Shown here: piece by piece, positions 37,801 to 52,767 of the stretch
How positions within the stretch are numbered: position 1 is the first letter of the stretch
Layout of the letters: each line of letters opens with the position of its first letter
Source: Octopus bimaculoides
Taxonomy: Eukaryota
Direction of reading: 5' to 3'
Assembly (NCBI RefSeq): GCF_001194135.2
Contig: NC_068989.1
Coordinates: 67,387,946-67,451,945 of the forward strand
DNA length: 64,000 nt
Position numbers and translations under genes: made by a program
Notes under the pieces: model-generated
The model's input: only the letters and a program-made list of their open reading frames with translations
Told to the model about the DNA's origin: nothing
Databases searched by the model: none

Positions 37801-40800
37801 TCAATGCCTCTTTCTCCAGAACACTCTCTCCTATTTGCCTTCAACACTTCTCTCCATCTTTCAACTCTTATGTTCCTCTCACCCCCTCCTCTATTGCTCT
37901 GCATTCCTCTCTCATTGCCTCACTTCACTTCTATCTACAGTTTTATTATACTGTTTGCCCCTCACTCTCCTCTTTCATTTGTATAGTTACTTGTTACCTC
38001 CTCCTGTCTGACCCATCTCTTTTTTTTGTTCACCTTTTCCCTCAAATTGATATTCACCATTAATTATACTTCCACTCTTGTTTACTGCATTCGTCTCTGT
38101 CTATATTTCTCACTATCTGTCACTCTCCATTCAAACCTTCACAAATTTACCTACTCACTCACCCTTTCAAATCCTCTGTCCATGTTCTTTCTTATACTTT
38201 CTTATATCATTACCACTACCATCTGCTTTCTTTTTTGTTAGCTGGAGTAGCAATATATCTCCTCTGCAAGACACCTGTTCCTGTTCTTCTTTTATACTTA
38301 AACCTCTCAACATTTGACATAAGCCACTTCCCTCAATACTACACCACCCCTTAGATGAGGGTAAGTTCTGCGAAAGAAGCACCCAATGTGTGCTCTGAAA
38401 AGTGGTTGACATTAGGAAGTGCTTTGATCTATAAAAATTAGGCAAAAGCAAACTTTGGAGCTTGATGCAGTCCTCTGGCTCGTCAGATCTTGTTGAATTA
38501 TTCAACCATGCCAGCATAGAAGGCAGGCATTAAATGATGATAATGGTGATGGTATATGTATATCTGATATAATATATTATCTCCCTTGTTTTCTAGGCTT
38601 TTGGTGCTCTTCCTGATTTGAACACTATTAAAGCTATTCAGAAAATTGCCTGGTCATCATGTACGGGTTCTTTGCATTTGGTTCATGACTCTAATGAAGA
38701 AATTCATCGGATTGTTGAGAAGGTAAGGACTATGGACTTATTTCTGTCATCTTTGTTATTTTTTAATAATGATTATTGTTTCTAAATCAAGACAATACAC
38801 AGATAAATCAATGAATGTTATGTTTATCTCATGATTTTGCAAATATGTTTTATGCAGGGTAAAGAAAACACTGAGCCCGAAGACATTGAAGTTACCCGTG
38901 AAGCTTTAGAACTGCTTTCTGTATGTTTGGCACTTTGTCCTGCTGCTTTAGAATCACTTAATAAAGACAAAGCATGGCAGATCTTCATCATCGATCTTCT
39001 CCTTCTTTGTAAAAACAGGTATGTATTTGTGAATTAGTCTTCAGTTTGTTTGTAATGTTTGTTAGTTTCCCTTCTTTTCTCTTAAGTTTTACTTGAAAAA
39101 CAGGAGAAAACACTTTTTAAAATTTTAAATGTAATATCGCAGTTTATTATTTGTTATTCATTTTGTATATTTATTCGTTATTTTCAGGGAGATCCGTACA
39201 TGGGCTGCTGAGCAGTTTTTCCAAATGGCTACAAAATGTAGTAGTGGAAATCGACCTCTACCCTTCTTCATCACTTTGCTCTTTACTGTGTTGTCTGTAA
39301 GTAAACCCTTGATTTTGATAGGTTTTTAGTTTATGGCAGTTTTGTTGGTGCCTGCATAGCTGTGTGGTTTAAAAAGTTTACTTAGCAGTTACATAGTTCC
39401 AGCTTCAATCCCACTGCACTATCTATTGAACTGGTGTCTTCTCCTGCCTCCTCAGGCTGACTAAATGCCTTGAGTAAAATTAGCTTGACAAACCTGTGCA
39501 GTTGTGTGTGATGATTATATAACACCTTTTGGTTATGCCCCATTTGTAACTCTATCTTATTTACCGAACTATTTGCTAAAACCAATACATCCTCAACAAA
39601 TACCCAATTTTTAAATGATATTTTACAAAAATTATTAATTAAAAAAAAAAAAGGCCATATTAGTTTTAATTCATCCAATTAGGAGAATAAATCCTTTTCT
39701 TTACCAAATCCCTTGGCTTGATCTTATTTCATTATTTAAAGTTGTTTCATAGTTGCAAGTAATTTATCTGTTCCTTTCTCTGCTTATGTCTGTTTTTGTC
39801 TTTGAACAATAAAAACTATTTAGAGATTTCAATAACTGTCAAAACTGTTAATGAAAAATATCAAAAGTCAATTTGTATTTCATTTCAGAGTACAGTGAAG
39901 GAAAATGCAAAGCAAGCACACGAATATTTTCATTTATTGTGTCGGTATGTTAAATGTTATTCTCTTACTTCAATAACTGCTACAATATCAGAAATTTTTC
40001 TTTTTTTCCCAAATTCTATAGCAACTTTGTAGAAAAAGTAATCTTAGTGAACTTAAGTAAGCTCAGGAGTTGGTAATCATTGAAATTTTATAACTGTAAA
40101 CATGTTTTATTGCATTAGGTTTCCACACACCAAAGAGCTGTATCTCTACTGAGAACCTACTGTTTTAAATTCGCTCAAAACTGCAATGTCAGTTTGTTTT
40201 GGTTGAGTTCTGTTTTACTGTAAATGTACTGAGCAAAAACATTGATTTAAACAGAAAATAACCAGAGTACCAAGGCTTTCTTTAATTATATGGTACTTCT
40301 AGTGGACTTTTACTAAAGTCATGCGATAACTTAACTTATTATGGTAACTAAATATACACAGTTGATCAGTTGATTTCAGTAACTTAAGATTGATCTAGCC
40401 CTTTCTTTGTGAAGGATATATATATATATATGACAGTGTAATAATAGTTTCTGGTGTGTTTTGATATCAAATTACAAGTTCTGTCTTTAGCTTCTGGTCA
40501 GCTCTGAGTGAATGCAAAGGCATTCAAGTCATATTCATCTCATCCTTTTGATGCTCATTGATTAGAACTACATTAGCCAATGTGTCTGCCCCTTTTTAAA
40601 GCAGAAGTGTAATTTAAAAAACCATAGCTCATTTAACACATTTTTGTTTGGTCACTAAATGTTTGCTTCCTTCTTTGAGATGTCTCTTCTTAAACATTGC
40701 CTCTCCCGTCATTCTGTCACTGTTTCTCTTCCATTATTCCCTCTCCTACCACCTTCTTTTTATTATTACTCTGTCTCTCTTATCACATCCAAACTCATAC

Positions 40801-43800
40801 CTCACCCACTTGATTTGATCATATTTTTTGCCTCGAATGAATAGTGACAACATTACAGTAAAGTAGGACTCTTTACTCTTGCAGAAGACAAGAGAAAGTC
40901 TCCAGTGCTGGTGCTGTGGTAAAATGCACTCAGTAGATTCTTTGAAGTGGTTGATGAATGATCAGAATTTAGTAACAGTCTCTTTTATGTTGCTGTCATT
41001 TTAAAATGTACCCAGTACACTCTGTAAAGTTGCCTTCCAATCCATGTAGGAGAGCAGTAACAACAAATAAGAAATGACTTAAACTGTGATGATCTATCCA
41101 ACACATACTGGCATGAGGTTTATGTAAAATGATGGTGAATGATGATAGCTTTCGGTTTTGAAATGTGACCTGTTGAACTAAGTAAATTTATAAACCTTCT
41201 AGTTGATCTGGAAATATTTGTTTCAAACAAATGTTCTGTTTGACTTAATATTTGCAATTAAATTTTGTATTGTGTTCAGCCGTTTCTCATTCAGAAATAC
41301 TCCGTCAGATGTAATTCTTATCTATTCACATTGTTTTGGATTAATCCTGCATTATCTCGTGACTTTGAGATTTTAGTGATGTGACTGTTTATTTTTAGAA
41401 TGACATTGTAGAATAGGTGACAGAGGTTGGATCTAGTCATTTCCAACATAAGTGGAATATTTGGGCCAAATATCACCACTTTAAATGCCAAAGGGCTTAA
41501 CTTAAATTTGTTTAAAATTTTCTTTTCAAATTTGGTTATATTAATTGTAAAATAACATTCTTTTGGTTTTACCTTCAGGCTACTCAATCATGCTTATAGT
41601 AGTGAAGTTAGTTTACCAAACGCTGAAACTTTATTGAATAATGAAATAATCTGGTTGAAGAAAATTCGTGTAAGTTTACTTGATGTTCTTTCAAAAAGTA
41701 TTTAAATCTCTGGCATCAGCTATTTTAAATGAAGTTGTTCTGTAATTTGGGAGATATTCTGTGCACAATAGATAGAATTTCTAACTATGCAGGTATTCTT
41801 TGTAACAGCATGATTTGGGGTTCAGTTGTCTTGGGACTGTAGTGTAAGCTCTGAGATGACCAATACCATATAAGGGTATTTGGTAGATGGAAACTGTAGA
41901 AAGCCCATCATGTAATATATATATATATATATATATATATAGTAAAAGATAAAAGGATCATTTAGATCAAGGCAAATCAACAGTGAAGCACACTGCTAAA
42001 CAGAATAACTCGAAAAACTTAGGTGAATTAACCATTCAGATTAGTGGTTAAGTTGAAAGAATATTTCACTGGTATCCAGTATTCTGCAAATCCAAAAGTA
42101 TCCAAGATTTACTAGTGTGTTTAATGCAGTGTAATTACAGTGATAAAGATGAAACAAATGGATAATTTAGGTGCTACTGTCTGTGTTTCAATAGCAAACA
42201 TTTATTATTAACACATTGCATCATACAGTTTGGCAAGATTACAGAGTAATGTTTACTTAATTCCACTTTGTAATACTCCATTAGAGGTTTATTAGGTGAA
42301 ATGCTTTGATGGGATTATAGTAGTGTAATCCCCAAAATGGAAGTATGCATTAGCTTTATGTAAACTACCTTAACATACACTCAATTTTTGCTTTGTCTTT
42401 TCAGTTGAAAATAATGAATTTGTTTTGCATGTGAAGTTTATGATTTTGATTGGTTACTGGCTCTACACAAGCACTACTGTCTCTAAATGAATCAAACTGT
42501 ATATTTAATTATCCTTTATTTGAAAATTTCTTAGGCTACCATAATTTTGTTGGTACATATCACCTAATAAACCTCTAATGAAGTATTACCTTCAATGTTA
42601 AGGAAACCTGTTATAATCTTATATAATTTCGCACATTATTGCATACCAAATCATATGATACGATGTGTTAATAAACTTTTGCTTCTGAAATATGTATAGT
42701 AATACCCAGATTATCCATTCATTTCATATTTATTATTTTATATATACTTTCCTTGACATGAAATAAACACATTCTGTACTTCAAAAACATGTAAGGGTTG
42801 GTGACAGGATGAGCATTTGACTGTAAAATTCTAACTCAGATAAGTTCAGTCCAAACCCATGCTAGCAAGGAAGAAATCAGATACTAACAAATAATTACTG
42901 ACTGTTTGTAGATTTTGATTTGGTGATAAAAGTACAGGAAAAATTATGGATGATATCAATAAAATAATCATAACATTTGATTGTAATTTTTGAAACAGGC
43001 ACCATACCTTGGTTTTACTGCATAAACCTGCTAGGATAATTTGAACCAGGGTGAAATTACATATTATTACCATTTATACATTGTTTGAAAATTTTTGCAT
43101 TCTAATTAAACTTTATTATTAACTATAAGAGTTGGGAATAAAGCTAAAAAGAGACAAAATTTAATGCTAATTATTAAAGTAATGAAGGGTATTCTTGTTA
43201 GTTCACTCTTTTAAAAGTCAACTCCTTTTTGAAATGGTTTCTTTTAATGTGTCCATAGTATGTCTATTGACCTGATCTAACTTGTACCTTGATTGTGAAA
43301 CCACAGACTGATATGGGTATTTATTTACTTTTTCAGGAGCAAGCTTTGCCCCAAACTGAGATCCAGGTTGATAATGCATTATTGGAAGGACATTTGGGAA
43401 TTACCAGAGAACTTCTCTCATTCCAGACTCCAGACAAGAAATTTCACATTGGTGCAGAAAAAGGAGGTTTAGATCTCATCAGAGTATGTGTCCATATTCC
43501 TTTCATTATTGATCTTGGCAATTTCTGCTGCTTTTACCATGTTGCACTAAAATAAGAGATTCATGAATGAGTAAATTTTCTTCATATGCTATTTTCAGGA
43601 ATTAGTAGAGGATTTCATCTTTCCTGCTTCTAAGATTGTAGTTCAATGTCGAAAACTTAATGACTTTCCACCAGAGCAAGCTGTTCCTGTATGCACCACT
43701 CCAGCCACTGTTACGGCAGCATTTGATTTGTTAGTTTCCTTATGTACACGCTGTGTGAAAAACCTCAAGTGTTTAGCCAATATGCTAATAGACATGTTTT

Positions 43801-46800
43801 ACACAGGTTAGTATTTTTGAAACTCTTGAAAAAAAATTCCAACATGATTATCCCATCTCCATACTGAGCTAGGTCTTTCACTGGTGTTGTTACTCTTATG
43901 TGGCCTATGTCTTTAATTAATACCTTAATTTTGGTCATATTTACCTTTAGGTCATTTGTTTATGTTAATGTTTAAAGCTTCTTGTACAATTCTTTCTGTG
44001 CTTCTAAGATGGGAACAGTTAGTGCACTATAGTCTTGAACTTTTTGAGTACATGTATAAAAAGATGATTGAGAGTGTAGTTTGGTAGACAACTTGTTGGG
44101 CACATTGTTGATCTTACTCTGTTTTTAATGCTTTTATTATAATCTAAACATGTTTTTTGAACTGCTTGGTTGCCAACTAGACTAGTGATCAAAGGATCCT
44201 GTCAAAATCCTCCTTTAGGTTAACAGTATTTCACTGACAATTCATTCACCAGCAAAATAGCATCTGTGGTTCCATTCTCTGCTACAAACCTGTGCTCCAT
44301 TTTATCTAATCCAAATGTATCTTGTATTTTATTTAACACCTATGATCATTCTCTCCCTCACCTACTAAATGTGAATAGCCATGCAACTCCTTCAAAGAAC
44401 CTGCTCTTCCCCTTCCTCTCTCACACTTTAACCTTAGTATAAAGCCATCTGCACTTCCTTTGTAGTCTTGCAAGCTGCACAGTAACCTCAGTAGTGCCGG
44501 TGGCATGAAAAAAACACCCAGTACATGATGTAAAGTGTTCGGCATTAGGAAGGGTATCTAGATATAGAAACCATGTCAAAGCAGACATCTGCTATTAGCC
44601 CAATGAATTGCTCAAATTCCTTGAAATTTCCTGGCACAGGAAACTCAGATAGTGGCTACAGTCTGTGAGGGGCATTTTAGTATTTTCTGTAAATAATGTG
44701 ACCAAGGAATTCTAACTCAGTCACAGTGAATTTGTTTTTTAAGTTGTGAAAGAGCAGCCTCCCCTACCTGCCCAACAGAGAAAGCAGCAATCTTTGTTAT
44801 TGTGTATGTAAAATTTTTGTTAGGGTTGGGAGCTAGATTTACATGGCTGGATGTTATTTATCTGTCATCAAACAATTTACAATAAATAGTTGTTTTTTTT
44901 TTAAATAGCTAAATCATCTTTTTCATTAACCCTTTTGTTAACCATATTTCTGTTCAAATACACTGCTTTGATTCAATTTATTTTGAAAATAATGAATTTA
45001 ATAAAATAATTTTGTCATTATGACATTGGTGATTGGAACATAAATTAGCATTAAATTTTGATGAAAGGTTTTAACTTAAAATCATTTAAAAACAAGAAAT
45101 TTGTATTAAAGAACCTGGGGCAGTCTCTTGTAGGTTGGTATCAAAAGGGTTAATATTCGGTATTTTATTTTGCTGATTTCTCCATTATCCTACAGTGTAA
45201 ATTTACTAAGAATAATTGTATTTTAAAAACTATTTAGAGGCCAACTTATTTAATTGTTGATAACATGAAAGTTTTAATGCTTTTGTGCTCTTCCTTTAGT
45301 CAAGAGAAAAAAATTAACTTTTAAAAATTTTTTTTATTTTCCAGATGAAATGTTCACTTTTTCAGAATTACCTCTAGTGGAATGGGAGTTTGTACCCCCT
45401 GTGGGTCCAAGACCTCCTAAAGGTTTTGTTGGCCTTAAGAATGCTGGTGCTACATGTTATATGAATTCTGTTTTACAACAGGTTAGCCAACACTTGATTA
45501 AATTTTAAAGACTTTTTTTTAAACAAAATCCCATGCAGTGTCTCATCTAGCTTGATGTACAGTAGGTAATGGAAAACAAACTCTCTGTTCAATGAAGATT
45601 TGTATCCTATATATTCTTCCTTTTCTATTAAGGATAAGTTTTTCAGTAAAATTGCAATGAATAAACAAAAACTTTGTCACTTTTTACATATTTTATAAAT
45701 ATATTTAATTTTTATTATTTGATTAAAGAATGTTTTAACATCCATTTTTTTCCATGCTAGAATGCATTAGAGGGGGGAGTTATTTGAAGCAGGATGCTCT
45801 TCCTGTCTCCAACTCTTATCTGTTTTTCAAGTAAGGGATTCTTAACTGCAGTTGTGAAAATGTTACGTTAGGTTGAGTTTTTATTCTTATGAAAATATTG
45901 GCTTAAAATTACAATAGATCTTAAACCAAGAAAATAATCTTTTTAAGGAATTCAGTTTTAACTTGGTGGATTGAATCTGAGTATTTCCTTCCTTTTTTTT
46001 TTGTCTCTGCACCACTTTTACATGAAATAATATTTTGTAAAATTTCCTCTTTTCAGCTCTTCATGATTGAACAGATTCGTCATGGAATACTTGCTGTGGA
46101 AGGAGCAGCAGACGACATCGAGGATGAATATATAGGAGACGAGAAGGGCGAGAATGAGGTAAAAATACCTTTTTGTGTGTTTACTTATATTTAGTAATGG
46201 ATTCTTCTTGAACATGTTGTCCTACAAATATATACAGTTTAGTTTTCATTAGTTTCTATTATTGTCCATATTAATGTATAACATGGATCATAGCTGAGAA
46301 TGTTGAGTTTTTCAAAAGTGGAATGCATAAAGAAATGTGTTGCAGATTCATCCAACCCATGCCAACATAGCTTAATGAATGTTACAACGATGGTCATAAA
46401 TATAGTTGAAATTTATAGAAAAACAAAAGACGAAGACAGTTGTATGAACAATAAGCAAGTGTATCAGTTTGACACTTTAGAAAAATGAAAAAGTATTTTG
46501 TTTCGAGCCTATGCTCTTCAACAGAAAGGAATAAGAGAAAATAAACAGAGAGAGAATGAAAAAAAAACTTGTAGAGTTCAGTGGTCCAACGTGGCAAATG
46601 GTCGTAAATACATATGATTATATGTGAAGAGAACCTGCAAGTTTTGTATTTATAGTTGAACAAGTATTGAGTAAATATATCTTTGTTACGTACAGTTGAT
46701 TGTTGACTTAATAATAGGACCATCATTTTTCTTTTTCAGTTTGTTCATTCTTAATATAATTACCAAATAAGGATTTTTTTTTTGTTTCTCCTTTCCTTTT

Positions 46801-47820
46801 CTTAGACAAATGTTGATCTTGGTGATGAAGAACGGAAGGATGAAGAAAAGAGTTCCAATAAACAAGGTGAAAGGAAAGATTACAATCTGGGTGTGATGAA
46901 ACATGTCCAGTTGATCTTTGGTCATTTGGCTTGTAGCAAGCTGCAGTATTATGTACCCAGAGGCTTCTGGAAACACTTCAAGTAAGTAACAGAGAATTTG
47001 AAGTAAATTTTTTTACTTTACATTTTTAAAACATGTTTTATAATTGTGAAAGTAGGTTATAGCAAGAACAAGAGCCAAGCAAATACATTTATGTGGACCA
47101 TTATCTAGATTACAAAATTAAAATACTGTATAACTTACTGGCCCCAAGCATATAACATTTTAAATGTTTTACTTCTAAGTTTTATATATATTATGTGATC
47201 ACGTGACTAACCAGACTATCAGATGTTACACATCACTGGTCACAGTGCACTTGGCATTGTTGTATCCTTTGAATGATGCCACTCCATTGGTTAGGCAAGT
47301 AGGCCAACATTTCCCACTGATTGAAAGGGGGACTGGAACAAAGTGGAATGAAGTGTTTTTCTCAAGAACACAACACACTGTCTGGTCTAGGAAATGAACT
47401 CACAATCTAGTGATTGTGAGTGCAACAGCTTAATCAGTAGGCCATGTGATCACGTATGTGTGTGTGTACATTTACAATACAGTACCTAATCACATGAATA
47501 ACACGACAAAATAAATTTAACAAATGGCTGGAACTACCTTGTTTAAGTGTCTTCTACTATCGCCTTCGGCGAACCAAAACCTTGTGAGTGGATTTGGTAG
47601 ACAAAAACTGAAAGAAGTCCATCATATATATAGTGTTGGTGTGTTTACATCCTTGTAACTTAGTGGTTTGACTAAAGAGATTGATAGAATAAGTAACAGG
47701 CTTAAAAAAAAAAGTCAAATTCTGGAATTGATTTGTTTGACTAAAATTCTTTAAGGCAGTGCCCAACATGGCCACAGTCTAATGACTAAACCAAATAAAA
47801 GTTAAAAGATAAAAGAAAAG

Positions 47821-47851
<31 letters not shown>

Positions 47852-47867
47852 CTTTCTCTCTCTCTCC

Positions 47868-47898
<31 letters not shown>

Positions 47899-50800
47899 TC
47901 TCTCTAATTGGTGGTTTGATAGATATTACATTGTTGCTTATAAAAAAGACTGTTTCTTCCACGTCAATTCTGTTTCATTATCTATAGAAATTACCTGAAA
48001 AGTAAACCTTTCTAAAAAATTAAGTTTATGTTTTTAAAATATTATTGAATATCAATTTATTTCCAATCTTAAACTTTATAATTTCAGGTTATGGGGAGAA
48101 CCGGTGAACTTGAGAGAACAACATGATGCATTAGAATTCTTCAACAGTCTTGTAGATAGTTTAGATGAAGCTCTTAAAGAACTTGGTCAGACCATGATTC
48201 TCAGTAAAGTTCTGGGAGGGTCATTTGCTGACCAAAAAATTTGCAAAGATTGTCCACATAGGTAAGTGTTGAAGGTTTTCTTCATTTAAAACAGAACTAT
48301 ATGTACGTTAAAGTACATTTCATTTTTTTTTTTTGTGTTTGTAGTTTTTAGAACATTTTATTAACTGTTTTTATTTCACTGACAGAACTGAGTCCACCAT
48401 CCAGTTCTGATGGTCAGCAGAAGTGTTTTCATTTCCCTTTAGCTGCTAATACCTTTTCGAAAAATCATGAGTATTACAGCAGTTCATTTTGCCACACTTA
48501 AAAGTATGTGGCTTTGAGTTTTATTGACAGAAACCAATATTGACTCTTGGTACCATGTAAAAAACACTAGTGTTGGTGCCATGTAAAATGCCCTGGGGCC
48601 ACGTAAAAAGTACCTGTTTGATGCCACGTAAAAAGCACCCAGTACACTGTAAAGTGGTTGGCATTAGGAAGAGCATTCAACTGTAGAAACCAAGCCAAAA
48701 CAGACTATGGAACCTGGTGCAGTCTCTGGCTTTGCCAGCTCCTCTCGAGCCATCCAACATGTACCAGCATGGAGAAAACATACTAGATGTTAAATGATGA
48801 TGATATGCTGTATACAATCCATTGAATTTTAAAATTTCAATGTAACTACTTATTTTCTTAACTGTTTACTTTTAAGAAAATTGTGTGTAAGCATTGTTTT
48901 ATATGAAATATAGGACAAGAATTAGATTTTACTTCATGATATGACATATATACCAACATTTAATCATAACTTGCTTTTGATATTACTTGTTGCTAAAATT
49001 TTCTTTCAAATGTAAATTTTCTTCAGATATCAAAGAGAAGAAACTTTTACAACTCTAAATGTAGATATTCGAAATCATCAAAATTTACTTGAATCTTTAG
49101 AGCAGTATGTAAAAGGTGATCTTTTAGAAGGAGCAAATGCATATCACTGTGAAAAATGTAATAAAAAGGTATGTTGGCAATTTCTCACTTTAAAAATATA
49201 TTGTATTTTTAAAAAAATCTTTTGATTTTCTTTTTTCAGTTTTGGTAAACAAAATCTCATTACTGTGGAGTTTTGTCCCTTCCTAATAAGAATGATGTTA
49301 TCAAGCTTTTAATAGTTTTGTCTCTGAAAATGTTAGCATATGCAAATATACACTGAAATCTCGATCGCATGTTAACTTGATTATAGTAAATACTTCTGAT
49401 TTAATTTTGCGTACTTCCTGTAAGTATTTGTGTGGTGAAGAAATTTGTCTCATAGCAACACAGTTTAGGAGTTGATCCTGTTGCAGTACCGTATGCAAAT
49501 GTCCTCTATCATAGCCTGAAGGTTACTACTGGTATTGTCCTTCCTACTCTAAGATTTAAAAAAAAAAATTTGAAGACGAAAAATACCAACTTCACAAATT
49601 TATCATCTTCAGCCTAAGAACCATGCCCTGTCCAAAGCATTTTCATATGTTAGCCCTAAATGTCCGTGCTTGTTTTCAGACTTTTAGTTAGACATTGTTT
49701 ATATTCTGAATAATATAAAGCTTTACTTTAATAAGCCCCAAGTTACTCTGGTGGTTAAAAAAAAATGGGTATGCGTATCATACATGATGCATGAGCACCA
49801 GGGAAATATCTCCTGTGATACATAGGACAAGCAAAGAGTTAAGTTTCAAAAAGAACCTCATTGATGTTTCTAAATGATGTAAATTGTTGAATAATCTTGC
49901 TTGATCTTTGAGGTAAAATAACTGATACAATTTCAATTTTCAACCCTTTTGATACCAACCCACCCAAGACTGGCCTTGGTTGTTTAAGAAACTTTTTGTT
50001 TTAAAGTGATTTAAATTAAAACCTTTCAGCAAAATTTCATGTTAAATTTATTCCAAACCTTTGTATAATATTGATAGTTATTTTATTAAATACTTAATTA
50101 TTTTCAGAATTGATTGAAAGAAGGCAGTGAATTTCAACAGAAATATGGTTACTAAAGCGTTAATCTTCTCTAACCATGTTGCTGGGATTGTATTAACATG
50201 TGGTTTTGTATTGGCTTTTTTCAGGTAGACACTGTTAAAAGGCTCGTGATAAATAAATTGCCAAAAATTTTGGCTATCCAGCTCAAGAGATTTGATTATG
50301 ACTGGGAACGGTAAGTTCTAGTCTTTGTGTAATAGTTTTTAAAAAAATTTTATTCAACTGCTTTTTTTTTTTTTAAAGAAGGAACAACTGTAATGTTTAT
50401 CCTTTTATTGTTATATAATATTTTTATCATTGCAGAGAATGTGCAATCAAATTCAATGACTACTTTGAGTTTCCACGTGAGTTTGATATGGAACCTTATA
50501 CTGTACAGGGATTAGCAAAAATTGAAGGTAAACATCTCTTACTGCACCCACCACTACCATCAGCCTATTTTTCTATCTTTTTATGATTAGGGCAGGTTGT
50601 CATGAATTAAATTAATTATTTGAAGTTACTACTCTTTTAGATAAGTTAAGGACCACACCTTGCTTGTATGTTGCATTTCTGGATGTTTTCCATGGCTACT
50701 TGCCTTTCTTATTGCCAACCACTTTATGAGTGTACTGATTGCTTTTTATCAGGGCATCAGCATAAGTGAGGTTACTTTGTCCCCAGCTGGACTAATGAGT

Positions 50801-52731
50801 CTTTTGTAATCTCTGTTATCTCTGTTTATTCACCTGTAGCTAAGAGTTGATATTAATGAAAGAAGACCAGAGTGAGAGAGGGAGATGGGTAATAGAAGAG
50901 AACTAATGGTAAGAGTGTAAGGGTTATAGCGGGGAGGGAGAGAGAGAGAGAGAGAGAGAAAATCAGTTGTATGAGGCATGTTGATCAAGAGATTCAATAG
51001 AAACATGAATGGCATGAAGGAAGGAAGGAAGTGATAGAAGGGAGTAATGGGAGAGAGGGAAGGTGATGTTTAGGTGAGTATTGGATGGAGAGAGTGACAG
51101 TAGGGAGGCGTATTGATAGGATGGGGTGGGATGAGCAAGTGATATTTAGTGACATTTAATATGGATATCGTAATTGGAGAGACCCAAATGTAGATATTAC
51201 CCACCCCAATTCTAACATATTGTCACCACCATCATTGTTTTCATGATTGTTTATCTATGTTTTGTGAATTTAAAAATGGCTGAAACCTTTTGTTTCAAAT
51301 TTGTCAAAAGCTAACTTTAACTGAAGTTTAGTTTGTCAAAACATGTGGACTTGATAATAAAGAGTTAGTTTTGGTCTTTAAATTAAGGTTAGCTCTTGCT
51401 ATATNNNNNNNNNNNNNNNNNNNNNNNNNNNNNNNNNNNNNNNNNNNNNNNNNNNNNNNNNNNNNNNNNNNNNNNNNNNNNNNNNNNNNNNNNNNNNNNN
51501 NNNNNNNNNNNNNNNNNNNNNNNNNNNNNNNNNNNNNNNNNNNNNNNNNNNNNNNNNGGACTGGTGAAACCGGATGGCAACACCAGGCTCCAATCTAAAT
51601 TTGGCAGAGTTTCTACAGCTGGATGCCCTTCCTAACGCCAACCACTCAGAGAGTGTAGTAGGTGTTTTTACGTGTCACCTGCACGAAGGCCAGTCAGGCG
51701 ATACTGGCAACGGCCACGCTCAAAATATATATATATATATATACACTGAGGAAAATCAAAATGTGAAGTTGAAGGCAATCTGTTTTACCGTCTTAAAATA
51801 TTTTTACAGGCACACCTCAACTTACATTCTTTCGTGTTGTCTTTTTTAACTTTATATCGCTTTTCATTTTTTTTTAAAGAAACTAATGGGAAAATGAATC
51901 TCACCTTCAGTTGATTTATCCAACTGTATGTTGATTTCAACAAACATATTTCAATGCTTAAAAAGTTTTTAAAAATCACATAAAAACCAATGCTGAAGTG
52001 GAAAAATCAAATGAAATACATGTGAAAATATGTATAAATCATTTATTAAAACAAATATAAGCTAATAAATTTTTTAAGATGTTTTTTTCATGTTACATCA
52101 TTTTTTGAGTTAAGTTACATCTCTTGGAACTAATAACTGATGTAAGTTGAAGTATGCCTGTATTTGGTGTAGGGAAGGTTAGGGTTAGGGTTAGGGTTAG
52201 GCTGGAGAATAAAATTTTAGTATTGCAGTAATTTCAAAACATGGTTTATTGAAATTTTCTAGTCTATCCAATTTGTATTAGCAAGGGAAGCTTGGGGGAA
52301 TGAGGTACAAATTAACACTTTTTATTTGTATTGTCACTGGTAAGTAAGGTTGCATTTATTTGATAAGACTTTGTTTGAAATTAAATAAAATAAAATTTTA
52401 TTTCAGGAGAAATTATTGATGCTGACTGTGATGATAAAGAGCAAAGTACAAAATACAAGCTAGTTGGGGTTGTGGTCCATAGTGGACAAGCTAGTGGAGG
52501 ACATTATTACTCTTATATTTTACACAGGTAAAACAATATTTTCTACTGAGACATTATTTGAACAAATTTTCCATTTACATTCTGATTATCTTTGGTGTGT
52601 GTGTGCATATATTTCCTATTCNNNNNNNNNNNNNNNNNNNNNNNNNNNNNNNNNNNNNNNNNNNNNNNNNNNNNNNNNNNNNNNNNNNNNNNNNNNNNNN
52701 NNNNNNNNNNNNNNNNNNNNNTATATATATG

Positions 52732-52767
<36 letters not shown>

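Noticed and set aside
51405-51557. Possible extra exon in the gap between w32 and w33, where the linker is about 10 aa shorter than human
   Set aside because: Phases already match (1/1) and the linker is variable; no extra exon is needed.
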